Source: Solirubrobacteraceae bacterium (GTDB lineage Bacteria; Actinomycetota; Thermoleophilia; Solirubrobacterales; Solirubrobacteraceae). Taken from it: 56,688 nt of DNA. The position numbers and the translations under genes are program-made. Location of the stretch: positions 1 to 56,688 of the forward strand of contig DASXCR010000070.1 of assembly GCA_036491075.1 (NCBI GenBank), in the 5' to 3' direction. This document shows, in pieces, positions 36,879 through 44,770 of the stretch (its first letter is position 1; the number at the start of each line of letters is the position of its first letter). The notes beneath the pieces were generated by a model that worked only from the letters and a program-made list of their open reading frames with translations, did not search any database and was not told the origin of the DNA.

Positions 36879-37354
36879 CGCGCCGTGGTAGGGTCTAGGT
36901 GAGCAGCTCCGAGCGCCGGCGTGGCAGGTCGTGCAGCGGTGGACCGGGCTATCGTCTCAGTGCGCCTGGGAGTTCGTCCACTTCCCTCTGGCAGAGTGCG
37001 CCGCCCGCGGAGGCGCCGGCATCCGCTACGAGCTGCTGCACCTCTCGCGCGCCGGGCTCGACGCGCTGCCCACTGGGCGGCAGTGGTGACGGCGCGAGCC
37101 GCCGGCAGGGTGAGCGCGGCGGCAGCGACGCGTAGAGCCGATCGCGGTTGCGCCACGCGAACGGCGACCGTGAGGGGCGGATGCGAGGAGGTGCGCCGGC
37201 CGGCTGCTGCTCGCTTGTCAGCACCCCCAGGCGAGCTGGTCGCCGCGCGCGGGACGAACCTCGCTCTGCGCGCGACTAGCCCTCGCTACTCCCCCAGGAG
37301 TAGCAACCGCTAGACATCGAAAAAGACCGGCGCAGCGTCGGACTCGATCGGGTC

Positions 37355-37540
37355 GCGCCGGGCCGGGCCGGGCCGCCCCGGCCGCGCCGCCCCGGCCGCG
37401 CTGCCCCGGCCGCGCTGCCTCGGCCGCGCTGCCTCGGCCGCGCCACCCGGCCGCGCCGCCCCGGCCCGCGCCACCCGGCCGCCCTGTCGCCGCGCCGCCC
37501 CGGCCGCCCGGGCCGCGCCGCCCTGTCGCGCTGCCGGCGC
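37355..37540. repeat. GC-rich tandem repeat, about 14-nt unit CCCGGCCGCGC(C/T)GC
   Basis: About 10-12 imperfect units run back to back, e.g. cccggccgcgctgc cccggccgcgctgc ctcggccgcgctgc ctcggccgcgccac. The array ends about 8 nt from the stop codon (37548-50) of the minus-strand secreted-protein gene. Confidence 0.85.
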
Positions 37541-37547
37541 CGCAGCC

Positions 37548-38999
37548 TCAGGGCAGCGGCCCGATGCGCTGGCTGTAGAAGTCGTCGTGGCCGGCTACCG
37601 TCCACGTCGTGAGGACGCGTCCCGCGCCGGCGACCGCGCTGCTCGCGCCGGAGGCGTAGCTCGCGCCGTCCGAGACGGGCTCGCGGACGAACGGCCCGAC
37701 GCCCGCCGCCCCGCGCAGCGCGACCTGCACGGTTGTGTTCGAGACCGCCGGCTGGCTGCCGCGCAGCCCCGACTCGACCGTCACGACCTGCTGGCCGCTG
37801 GCCGTGACCTGCATGTCCGAGAGGACCGTGTCGATCGCCGGATCGCTGACCACCACGGGATCGGTCACCGTCGCGCTACCGCTGTTCGCCGCGCCCAGCA
37901 GCTCCGCGGAGCCGACGACGAAGCGGTCGTTCTCGTAGCCCGTCCAGAGCGCGAGCCGGCGACCGCTCGGGTCGAACGCGACACGCACGCCCGCGCCGCC
38001 GACCTCGTTGCCGGGCCCGAGCGCCGGGACGTCGGCGAGCTTCGTGGCGCCGCTGAACGCGCTGCCGTCGCGCGCCTGTGCGACGTACGCCGCGCCCGGA
38101 CCGCCGTCGCCCTCGGACACCGTCTGGCTGAACCAGCCGACGAGCTCGCCGCGGTGCGTGCTCAGCGCGGCGCTCGGCGCGAGGCCGCTGCCGCTCGCGG
38201 TCGGCCCGACGACCTGGGTCGCCCGCAGCGTCCCGCCGAGCGTGCGCACGCGTGCGCGCACCTGGGCGCCCGTCGTCCACACGGCGAGCGCGTCGCCGCG
38301 CGCGTCAACGGCCGCGGCCACGCGCGGCAGCGGGCCGTCGCCGTCGAACAGCCGCGTCGAGCTGATCGTCGACGTGCCGTGGCGGCGCACGGCGAGGTAG
38401 ACGAGCGCGTGCTCGCAGCCCGCGTCGCGGCAGACGGGATAGACCATCGCCGCGTCGCCGGCGGCATTGACGGCCAGCGCCGTGGCGCCGGCGTGCATGT
38501 TCGCCGGGCCGAGTGGGCGGGGAGCGTCGAGCGACGCCTTGTTCGGGGTCAGGCGACCGAACGTGAAGACGGCCTGCGCCGAGCTCGCGGTGCGCTGCAC
38601 GCCGGCGGCCAGTAGGCGCGTGCTCGCGTACGTCGCGACCGCACCGTCGCCCGGCCCGTAGGCGACGTTCGCCCCGCTGAGCTGGTAGGGGTCGAGGAAG
38701 ACGCCGTTCGTGAAGACGCTCACCTCGGAGTGCGGGCCGAGCGCGCCGCCGGAGCCGCCCCCGGTGTCGGCGACCGCGACCGCGAGGCCGGCGGCGTTGG
38801 CGACGACCTGTGGCGGGCCCTGCAGGATCGGGCTCGTGTCGCCGTAGTGGATCGGGAGCGGCGGCTCCCAGAAGGGCGTCGCGGCGGCGGCGGCGGGCGT
38901 GCCGGCGGCGAACGCGGTGCCGGCGAGGGCGGCGGGTGCGCCGGCGGCGAGGGCCGCGCCGGCGACGGCGAGCAGGAGGGACGTGCGCAGTCGGGTCAT
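37548..38999 (-). CDS. Secreted hypothetical protein with propeller-like repeated modules (paralogue-like to 1250..2578)
   Basis: 483 aa. Signal peptide MTRLRTSLLLAVAGAALAAGAPAALAGTAFA. Recurring modules GDAAMVYPV, GDALAVWTTG, GELVGWFSQ, GRRLALWTGY and GRVLTTWTV. Confidence 0.7.
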   Translation of the reverse strand: MTRLRTSLLLAVAGAALAAGAPAALAGTAFAAGTPAAAAATPFWEPPLPIHYGDTSPILQGPPQVVANAAGLAVAVADTGGGSGGALGPHSEVSVFTNGVFLDPYQLSGANVAYGPGDGAVATYASTRLLAAGVQRTASSAQAVFTFGRLTPNKASLDAPRPLGPANMHAGATALAVNAAGDAAMVYPVCRDAGCEHALVYLAVRRHGTSTISSTRLFDGDGPLPRVAAAVDARGDALAVWTTGAQVRARVRTLGGTLRATQVVGPTASGSGLAPSAALSTHRGELVGWFSQTVSEGDGGPGAAYVAQARDGSAFSGATKLADVPALGPGNEVGGAGVRVAFDPSGRRLALWTGYENDRFVVGSAELLGAANSGSATVTDPVVVSDPAIDTVLSDMQVTASGQQVVTVESGLRGSQPAVSNTTVQVALRGAAGVGPFVREPVSDGASYASGASSAVAGAGRVLTTWTVAGHDDFYSQRIGPLP

Positions 39000-39033
39000 G
39001 CCCGTGGAACCGGATCGCCGCGGGGAAGTTGCG

Positions 39034-40296
39034 TCATGCGCTCTCGGACGGGCGCGCTCGGGAGGCGTGCAGGACGCGCTCGCTCGCGGCCCAGACGACG
39101 ATCGCGACGGTGGCGAAGCCGGCGCCGAGCACGCAGATCGCGCTCCATCCGCCGGCGCCGTAGACGCTCGCCGCGAGCAGCGACCCGACGACGCCGCCGA
39201 TGAACATCGCGACCATGTACGCGGTCGTCAGGCGGCTGCGCGCCTCCGGGCGCAGCGCGTAGATCGCGCTCTGATTGGAGATCTGGGCGCCTTGCACCCC
39301 GAGGTCGAGCAGCGCGATCCCGGCGACCAGTGCGATCACGGAGGTGGCGCCCGCATCCAGCAGCGCCCAGCTCGCGAGGACCGCGACGAGAAACGCGCTG
39401 AGCGCGACGCGCCCGCGGCCACGGTCAGACCAGCGCCCGGCGAACGGCGCGATGCTCGCGCCGGCGACGCCGGCCAGCCCGAAGAGGCCGATCGCCGCCT
39501 CGCCGTAGTCGTACGGAGACGCCCCGAGCAGGAACGCGACCGAAGTCCAGAGCACGGTGAAGTTCGCCATCATCAGCGCCGCGATCGCCATCCGCTGGCG
39601 CAGCACGGGCTCCGACGCGATCAGCTCGAAGACCGACCGCAACGCGCTCGGATAGGTCATGTCCTCGGTCGCGGGGACGCGCGGCAGCATCCGCCGCAGC
39701 ACGATCGCGAGCACGAGCATCGCCCCGGACGCGAGCGCGAAGATCAGCCGGAAGCCGCCGATCTGGGCGACGATCCCGCTGACGATGCGGGCGGTGAGGA
39801 TGCCGATCAGCAGGCCGGACATGACGCTGCCGACGACCTGGCCGCGCTCCTGCGGCGCGGCGAGCGAGGCGGCGAGGGGGACGAGGATCTGCGCGACGAC
39901 CGACAGCGCCCCGACGGCGACGAGCGCGCCCGCGAGGACGGCGAAGGTGGGGGCGGCGGCGCAGGCGGCGAGCGCCGCCGCAGCGACGACGAGCACCGTG
40001 CTGACGAGCCGGCGACGCTCGCAGAGGTCGCCGAGCGGCACGAGCAGCGCGAGCCCGACGACGTAGCCGACCTGCGAGCAGGTCACGAGCAGTCCGGCGA
40101 TCGTGTCGGAGACGCCGAACTCGCCGCGGACGACGTTCAGCAGCGGCTGGATGTAGTAGATGTTCGCCACCGACGCGCCGACCGCGATGGCGAGCAGCAG
40201 CACGAGCGCCTTCGAGATCGGCTGCTTGTCCGTGCCGCCGCGGTCCGGCGCGGCGACGGTCTCGTTGGAATCGATGCTGCGCACGCCCGACACCAT
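39034..40296 (-). CDS. MFS transporter (12-TM type)
   Basis: 420 aa, multiple hydrophobic helices. The loop LLVPLGDLCERRRLV resembles MFS motif A. Lies 21 nt downstream of marR on the same strand. Confidence 0.85.
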   Translation of the reverse strand: MVSGVRSIDSNETVAAPDRGGTDKQPISKALVLLLAIAVGASVANIYYIQPLLNVVRGEFGVSDTIAGLLVTCSQVGYVVGLALLVPLGDLCERRRLVSTVLVVAAAALAACAAAPTFAVLAGALVAVGALSVVAQILVPLAASLAAPQERGQVVGSVMSGLLIGILTARIVSGIVAQIGGFRLIFALASGAMLVLAIVLRRMLPRVPATEDMTYPSALRSVFELIASEPVLRQRMAIAALMMANFTVLWTSVAFLLGASPYDYGEAAIGLFGLAGVAGASIAPFAGRWSDRGRGRVALSAFLVAVLASWALLDAGATSVIALVAGIALLDLGVQGAQISNQSAIYALRPEARSRLTTAYMVAMFIGGVVGSLLAASVYGAGGWSAICVLGAGFATVAIVVWAASERVLHASRARPSESA

Positions 40297-40317
40297 GCCC
40301 TACGACCGCGCGCGGGG

Positions 40318-40740
40318 CTATGCCTCGGCGGGAACCCCGTCCAGCGCGCGCAGCAGGAGGTCGCGCAGTGTCGCGCGCTCGGCCGCGGTGAGGGCGCCGA
40401 GCACGTCGTCCTCGAGCGAGTCGACGGCGTGCTCGGCGTGCTCGAGCGCCTCGAGGCCCTGGGGCGTGATGTCGACGACGTGACGGCGGCGGTCGTCGGG
40501 ATGGCGGCGGCGCTCGGCGAGGTCGCGGACCTCGAGCTCGTTGAGCAGCAGGACGGTGTTGTTCGGGTCGAGCATGAGCCGCTCGCCGAGCTCCTTCTGG
40601 CCGATCCCGGGCGCCTGGCGCAGGTAGCTCAGCGCGATGAACTCCTTCATCCGCACGCCGAGCAGCGGCTCCGTCGCGCGCCGGTAGACGGCGCGCGAGA
40701 GCCGCGTCAGCAGCAGCGTCGAGCCGGGACCATCGGTCAT
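40318..40740 (-). CDS. MarR family transcriptional regulator
   Basis: Start chosen at MTDGPGSTLLLTRLSRAVYRR. FIALSYLRQAPGIGQKELGERLMLDPNNTVLLLNELEVRDLAERRRHPDDRRRHVVDITPQG is the MarR winged HTH. Confidence 0.85.
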   Translation of the reverse strand: MTDGPGSTLLLTRLSRAVYRRATEPLLGVRMKEFIALSYLRQAPGIGQKELGERLMLDPNNTVLLLNELEVRDLAERRRHPDDRRRHVVDITPQGLEALEHAEHAVDSLEDDVLGALTAAERATLRDLLLRALDGVPAEA

Positions 40741-40759
40741 GTGTGGATCATAGCCACAC
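40741..40759. promoter_or_regulatory. Inverted repeat GTGTGG-N7-CCACAC (candidate MarR operator)
   Basis: gtgtggatcatagccacac lies in the 57-bp divergent region between marR (start 40740) and the DHA2 MFS gene (start 40798). Confidence 0.4.
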
Positions 40760-40797
40760 CAGGGACATTCAATTGAGCAGAGATCATCCCTGCTACC

Positions 40798-42273
40798 ATG
40801 ACGATCCATATGGCAAAGATCTCCTCATTTCTCGAACGGCACCGGCGCGCGGCGACGCTCGCCACGGTGCTCATCATCCAGGCGATGATCGTGATCGACG
40901 TGTCGATCGTGAACGTCGCCCTGCCGGTCATCCAGACCGACCTCGGCGTGGGCCAGGCCGAGCTCGCGTGGGTGCTCGACGGCTACCTCATCGTCTTCGG
41001 CTCGTTCCTGCTCGTCGCCGGTCGTCTCGGCGACCTCCTGGGGCGCAAGCGCGTCCTGCTCGGCGGCCTGTCGCTGTTCGTGTTCGCCTCCGCGCTGTGC
41101 GGGATCGCGCCGAACATCGAGCTGCTCGTCCTCGCTCGTGCGTTGCAGGGACTCGGCGGCGCATTCGCTTCGGCGGTCGTCCTGGCGATCATCGCGACGG
41201 AGTACCCGTCGCCGCTGGAGCGGGCGCGCGCGATGAGCCTGTACGTCTTCATCTCGGTCGGCGGCGGCTCGCTCGGCCTGCTCGCGGGCGGCATCCTCAC
41301 CGAGGCGATCTCATGGCACTGGATCTTCTTCGTCAACGTGCCGATCGGCATCGCCGCGCTGCTGTTCGGGCGCGTCCTGATCGAGGACGTCAAGTGCGCC
41401 GGCTTCTCCGAGCGCGTGGACTGGCTCGGCGCGGTGCTCGTGACGGCGACGGCGATGGTCGGGGTCTTCACGATCATCAAGGCGCCCGATCGCGGCTGGG
41501 TCTCGGCCGCGACGCTGCTGACGGCACTCGGCGCCGTCGTCCTCGGCGCGCTGTTCGTCGCACGCCAGCGCACGGCCGAGCATCCGATCCTGCCCGTGCA
41601 CGTGCTCAAGCTGCGCAGCCTGGCCGGGTCGTCTGCCGTGCGCGGGCTGTTCGCGACCGGCCTGTTCGCATCGTTCTTCGTCGGCACGCTGTACATGCAG
41701 CGCGTCCTCGGCTACAGCACCGTCGCCTCGGGCGCCGCGTTTTTGCCGCAGACGCTGATGGTCGCCGCGCTGTCGCTCGGCTTCACGACGAGGCTCGTCG
41801 CGCGCTTCGGCGCGTTTCGCGTGCTGCTCGTCGGGCTGACGAGCATGTGCGCCGGGCTGCTCGTGCTGTCGGGGATGCAGGCCGGCGGCAGCTACTGGCC
41901 GACCCCGCTGGTCGCGTTCCTGCTGCTCGGCTTCGGCGGCGGGCTCGCCGCCGCGCCGCTCGTGACGGTCGCGATGTCCGACGTGCCCGCCGCGGACACC
42001 GGCATCGCGTCGGCGCTCGTGAACCTGTCGATGTACGTCCCGGGAGCGATCGGGCTGGCCGTGGTCGGCGCGCTCGCCTCGGATCACACGGCGAAGCTGA
42101 CGGCCGCCGGCCGGCCGCTCGGCGAGGCGCTCGTCGGCGGCTACCAGGTCGGGCTCTACGTCTGCGCGGGCTGCCTCGCGGCCGCAGTGGTCGTGGCGCT
42201 GGCGGTGCTGCGGCCCAAGCGTGCCGACGCCGCCGAGCCGGTCGTCGTCGCCCAGGCCGTGGGCATCGACTGA
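40798..42273 (+). CDS. MFS transporter, DHA2 (EmrB/QacA, 14-TM) drug:H+ antiporter family
   Basis: 491 aa. MIVIDVSIVNVALPVIQTDLG, LVAGRLGDLLGRKRVLL and WHWIFFVNVPIG are DHA2 hallmarks. Confidence 0.9.
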   Translation: MTIHMAKISSFLERHRRAATLATVLIIQAMIVIDVSIVNVALPVIQTDLGVGQAELAWVLDGYLIVFGSFLLVAGRLGDLLGRKRVLLGGLSLFVFASALCGIAPNIELLVLARALQGLGGAFASAVVLAIIATEYPSPLERARAMSLYVFISVGGGSLGLLAGGILTEAISWHWIFFVNVPIGIAALLFGRVLIEDVKCAGFSERVDWLGAVLVTATAMVGVFTIIKAPDRGWVSAATLLTALGAVVLGALFVARQRTAEHPILPVHVLKLRSLAGSSAVRGLFATGLFASFFVGTLYMQRVLGYSTVASGAAFLPQTLMVAALSLGFTTRLVARFGAFRVLLVGLTSMCAGLLVLSGMQAGGSYWPTPLVAFLLLGFGGGLAAAPLVTVAMSDVPAADTGIASALVNLSMYVPGAIGLAVVGALASDHTAKLTAAGRPLGEALVGGYQVGLYVCAGCLAAAVVVALAVLRPKRADAAEPVVVAQAVGID

Positions 42274-42285
42274 CTCGAAGCAGGC

Positions 42286-43056
42286 TCAGCGCGGGGTCAT
42301 CCGCAGCGCGCCGTCGAGGCGGATGACCTCGCCGTTGAGCATCGTGTTGCGCACGATCTCGCAGGCGAGGCTCGCGAACTCCGCGGGCAGGCCGAGCCGC
42401 GGCGGGAACGGGATCGAGGCGGCGAGCTGGCCCCGCGCCTCCGCCGGCAGTGCCGCCAGCAGCGGCGTGTCGAAGAGGCCCGGGGCGATCGCGCAGACGC
42501 GGATCGCGGACTGCGCGAGCTCGCGGGCCGCGGGCAGCGTGATCGCGGCGACCGCTCCCTTCGAGGCGGCGTAGGCGACCTGGCCGACCTGCCCGTCGTA
42601 CGCCGCGATCGAGGCGGTGTTGATGCAGACGCCGCGCTCGCCGTCGTCGCCGCCGGGCTCGTTGGCGAGCATCGCCATGCTCGCGAGGCGCAGTGCGTTG
42701 AACGTCCCGACGACGTTGATCGCCAGGACGCGCTCGAAGGAGTCGAGGCGATGCGGGCCGCGGCTGCGCGCGAGCCGCTCGGCGTGGCCGATGCCCGCGC
42801 AGTGGATCGAGATGCGCAGGCCGCCATGCGCCTGCGCGGCCGCGTCGACCGCGGCCCGCAGCTGGCCGGCGTCGGTGACGTCGGCCGCGACGAAGCGCGC
42901 CCGCTCGCCGAGCTCGGCGGCGAGCGCCTCGCCGCGCGCCGCGTCGAGGTCGGCGACGACGACGTGGGCGCCCTGCGCGTGCAGCGCCCGCGCCGTGGCC
43001 GCGCCGAGCCCGGAGGCGCCGCCGACGACGAGCGCGCCCGTGCCCTCGATTCGCAT
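42286..43056 (-). CDS. SDR family oxidoreductase (3-hydroxyacyl-CoA dehydrogenase type-2-like)
   Basis: 256 aa. VVGGASGLGAATARAL (TGxxxGxG-type), NTASIAAYDGQVGQVAYAASKGAV (YxxxK) and IRVCAIAPGLFDTPL. Confidence 0.9.
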   Translation of the reverse strand: MRIEGTGALVVGGASGLGAATARALHAQGAHVVVADLDAARGEALAAELGERARFVAADVTDAGQLRAAVDAAAQAHGGLRISIHCAGIGHAERLARSRGPHRLDSFERVLAINVVGTFNALRLASMAMLANEPGGDDGERGVCINTASIAAYDGQVGQVAYAASKGAVAAITLPAARELAQSAIRVCAIAPGLFDTPLLAALPAEARGQLAASIPFPPRLGLPAEFASLACEIVRNTMLNGEVIRLDGALRMTPR

Positions 43057-43167
43057 GCGCGCACCCTAACGCGACGTGCGCACGGCGCCTACGAGCTTCG
43101 CGAAGGCGCCGTACGCGACGGCGAGGAGCGCCAGCCCGACGACGATCGTCGCGGCCCGGCCGGGGGG

Positions 43168-43677
43168 TCAGGCGCCCTCGGCGGGGGCGTCGATCTCCCG
43201 CAGGCGGTGGGTGTCGACGTCGTAGACGAAGCCGCGCACGAGGTCGCGGTGCGGCACGAACGGCGAGCGCCGCACGCGCAGGATCGACTGGCGCACGTCG
43301 GCGTCGAGGTCGGTGAACGACTCGATCGCGAAGGCGGGCGCGACGCCGGTCGCCTCCTGCAGCTCGGCTCGGAAGCCGTCGTCGGTGAGCGACTGCAGGC
43401 CGCAGTCGGTGTGGTGGACGAGCATCACCGCGCGCGTCCCCAGCCGCCGCTGCGAGACGGCGAGCGAGCGGATGACGTCGTCGGTGATGACCCCGCCGGC
43501 GTTGCGCAGGATGTGCGCCTCGCCCTCGTGCAGGCCGAGCGCGGCGAAGACGTCCAGGCGCGAGTCCATGCACGTCACGATGACGAGTTGGCGGGCCGGG
43601 CGGACGTCGAGGTGCTGGGCCGGAAGCCCGTCCGCGAAGGCCTGGTTGTTGGCGACGAGCGCGTCGATCACGTGCAC
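43168..43677 (-). CDS. Beta-class carbonic anhydrase
   Basis: GTG start chosen at VHVIDALVANNQAF. VIVTCMDSRL, HILRNAGG and MLVHHTDCG contain the Cys-Asp-Arg...His-x-x-Cys zinc-site motifs. Confidence 0.85.
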   Translation of the reverse strand: MHVIDALVANNQAFADGLPAQHLDVRPARQLVIVTCMDSRLDVFAALGLHEGEAHILRNAGGVITDDVIRSLAVSQRRLGTRAVMLVHHTDCGLQSLTDDGFRAELQEATGVAPAFAIESFTDLDADVRQSILRVRRSPFVPHRDLVRGFVYDVDTHRLREIDAPAEGA

Positions 43678-43846
43678 GCCAGGCAGCCTAGAGACTTGCG
43701 GGCGCACGGCCCGGCCGCGCGCCCGCGCGGGCGTCGCCGGACAGGCTTTGCGCACGTTGCGGCGAAGCGGTGCTCCGCGAGGACGCGCCGCGCGTAGGAA
43801 CGCGCGAACATCTCCGTGCAAGTAGACGATCAAGGAGCTTTGGAAC

Positions 43847-44323
43847 ATGGCTGGACTGACGGTGCAGTGCCGCGACGAGATGGGTGACGGCGAGTGGCTG
43901 CTGGAGCTCAAGCTCCCGCTGGAGTCCGAGCGCATGACGGTGCGCGAGCTCATCCGCACGCGCGTGGAGACCGAGACCGGCCAGCACAACGACGAGCTCG
44001 ACCGCGGCCGGCAGTTCCGCGGGCTGATCACGGCGCCGCCGTCGGTGACGTCGGAGCTCAACGGCTGGGCCGGGCGCAAGCGCGAGGGCAAACCCGTCGA
44101 GCCGGAGGTCATGCTGAACATCGCGCTGGAGGCCTACGAGCGCGGCGACCTCGTCGTCCTCGTCGAAGGCGAGCCCGCCGGCGAGCTCGACTCCGAGATC
44201 GTGCTCGCCGAGGGCAACATCGCGCTGTTTCGCAAGATGAAGCCGCTCGTCGTGCCGCAGCTGAACGCCGGGCGCAAGCGCTCCAAGCACGAGCTGCAGC
44301 CGAAGCGCAAGCGCGCGCGGTGA
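43847..44323 (+). CDS. Hypothetical protein (158 aa) with basic C-terminal tail
   Basis: AAGGAG SD 8 nt upstream of the ATG. Clean GC3 bias. Ends in RKRSKHELQPKRKRAR. No family recognised. Confidence 0.6.
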   Translation: MAGLTVQCRDEMGDGEWLLELKLPLESERMTVRELIRTRVETETGQHNDELDRGRQFRGLITAPPSVTSELNGWAGRKREGKPVEPEVMLNIALEAYERGDLVVLVEGEPAGELDSEIVLAEGNIALFRKMKPLVVPQLNAGRKRSKHELQPKRKRAR

Positions 44324-44721
44324 CCGAGGAGCCCGAGTGGTTCGAGCGGCTGCTCGAGCTCCAGCTACGCGCGAACCCCGCGATCTGGCAGAACATGAAG
44401 CGCCTCGGCGTCGGCGAGGACACGCTGCTGCGCCTGGCCTTCATCTACCTCGCGCCGGGCGAGGAGTCGGCGAACGTGCTCGTGCGCTTCCTCGAGCAGG
44501 AGACCGACTACGAGGTGCAGGCGCGCGAGCGCGCCGCCGGTGGGTCGGGGCCTGGGGCGTGGCTCGTGATCGGCGCGACCCAGCCCGTCGCCGTCTCGCT
44601 GGAGACGATCGACGCCTGGGTCGAGTGGATGGTCGCGGCGGGCGCCAGCGAGGGGCCATGCGCATTCGACGGCTGGACGTCGGAGATCGTCGGCGAGCTG
44701 CCGGCCGACGCCGAGGAGTAG
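44320..44721 (+). CDS. Hypothetical protein, possibly RraB-like (regulator of ribonuclease activity B fold)
   Basis: GTG start overlaps the upstream stop (GTGA). LRLAFIYLAPGEESANVLVRFLEQETDYEVQ...WLVIGATQPVAVSLETIDAWVEWMVAAG...CAFDGWTSE loosely resembles the RraB pattern (...Y(E/D)V...YDGW). Confidence 0.5.
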   Translation: MTEEPEWFERLLELQLRANPAIWQNMKRLGVGEDTLLRLAFIYLAPGEESANVLVRFLEQETDYEVQARERAAGGSGPGAWLVIGATQPVAVSLETIDAWVEWMVAAGASEGPCAFDGWTSEIVGELPADAEE

Positions 44722-44770
44722 CCGAGCCCGCACGCCCGGACACCGGCGTCCGCCGCCGCGCGGCCCGGCG

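Noticed and set aside
36921-37313. 130-aa plus ORF and 91/93-aa minus ORFs in the gap region
   Set aside because: Their translations are Arg/Ala-rich without GC3 periodicity. They are not supported as genes.
36879-37345. RNase P RNA, tmRNA, SRP RNA or a tRNA in the non-coding gap (a GGTTCGTCC string on the minus strand looked T-arm-like)
   Set aside because: The universal blocks are absent on both strands: GGAAAGTCCGG and ACAGAACCCGGCTTA for RNase P, a tRNA-like CCA end plus tag ORF for tmRNA, and GGAAGCAGCC for SRP RNA. No cloverleaf can be drawn around the T-arm-like string.
37355-37540. CRISPR array (also considered for the 126-bp TPR repeats and the RTX modules)
   Set aside because: The units are directly adjacent with no unique spacers, are far shorter (14 nt) or far longer than CRISPR repeats, and no cas genes are present. 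The TPR and RTX periodicities are in-frame coding repeats.
40741-40809. Longer MarR start at ATG 40809 (MDRHGSRDDLCSIECPWCGYDPH...)
   Set aside because: The extension has poor coding bias and would overlap the divergent MFS start and the operator-like palindrome. The ATG at 40740 gives a normal-length MarR protein.
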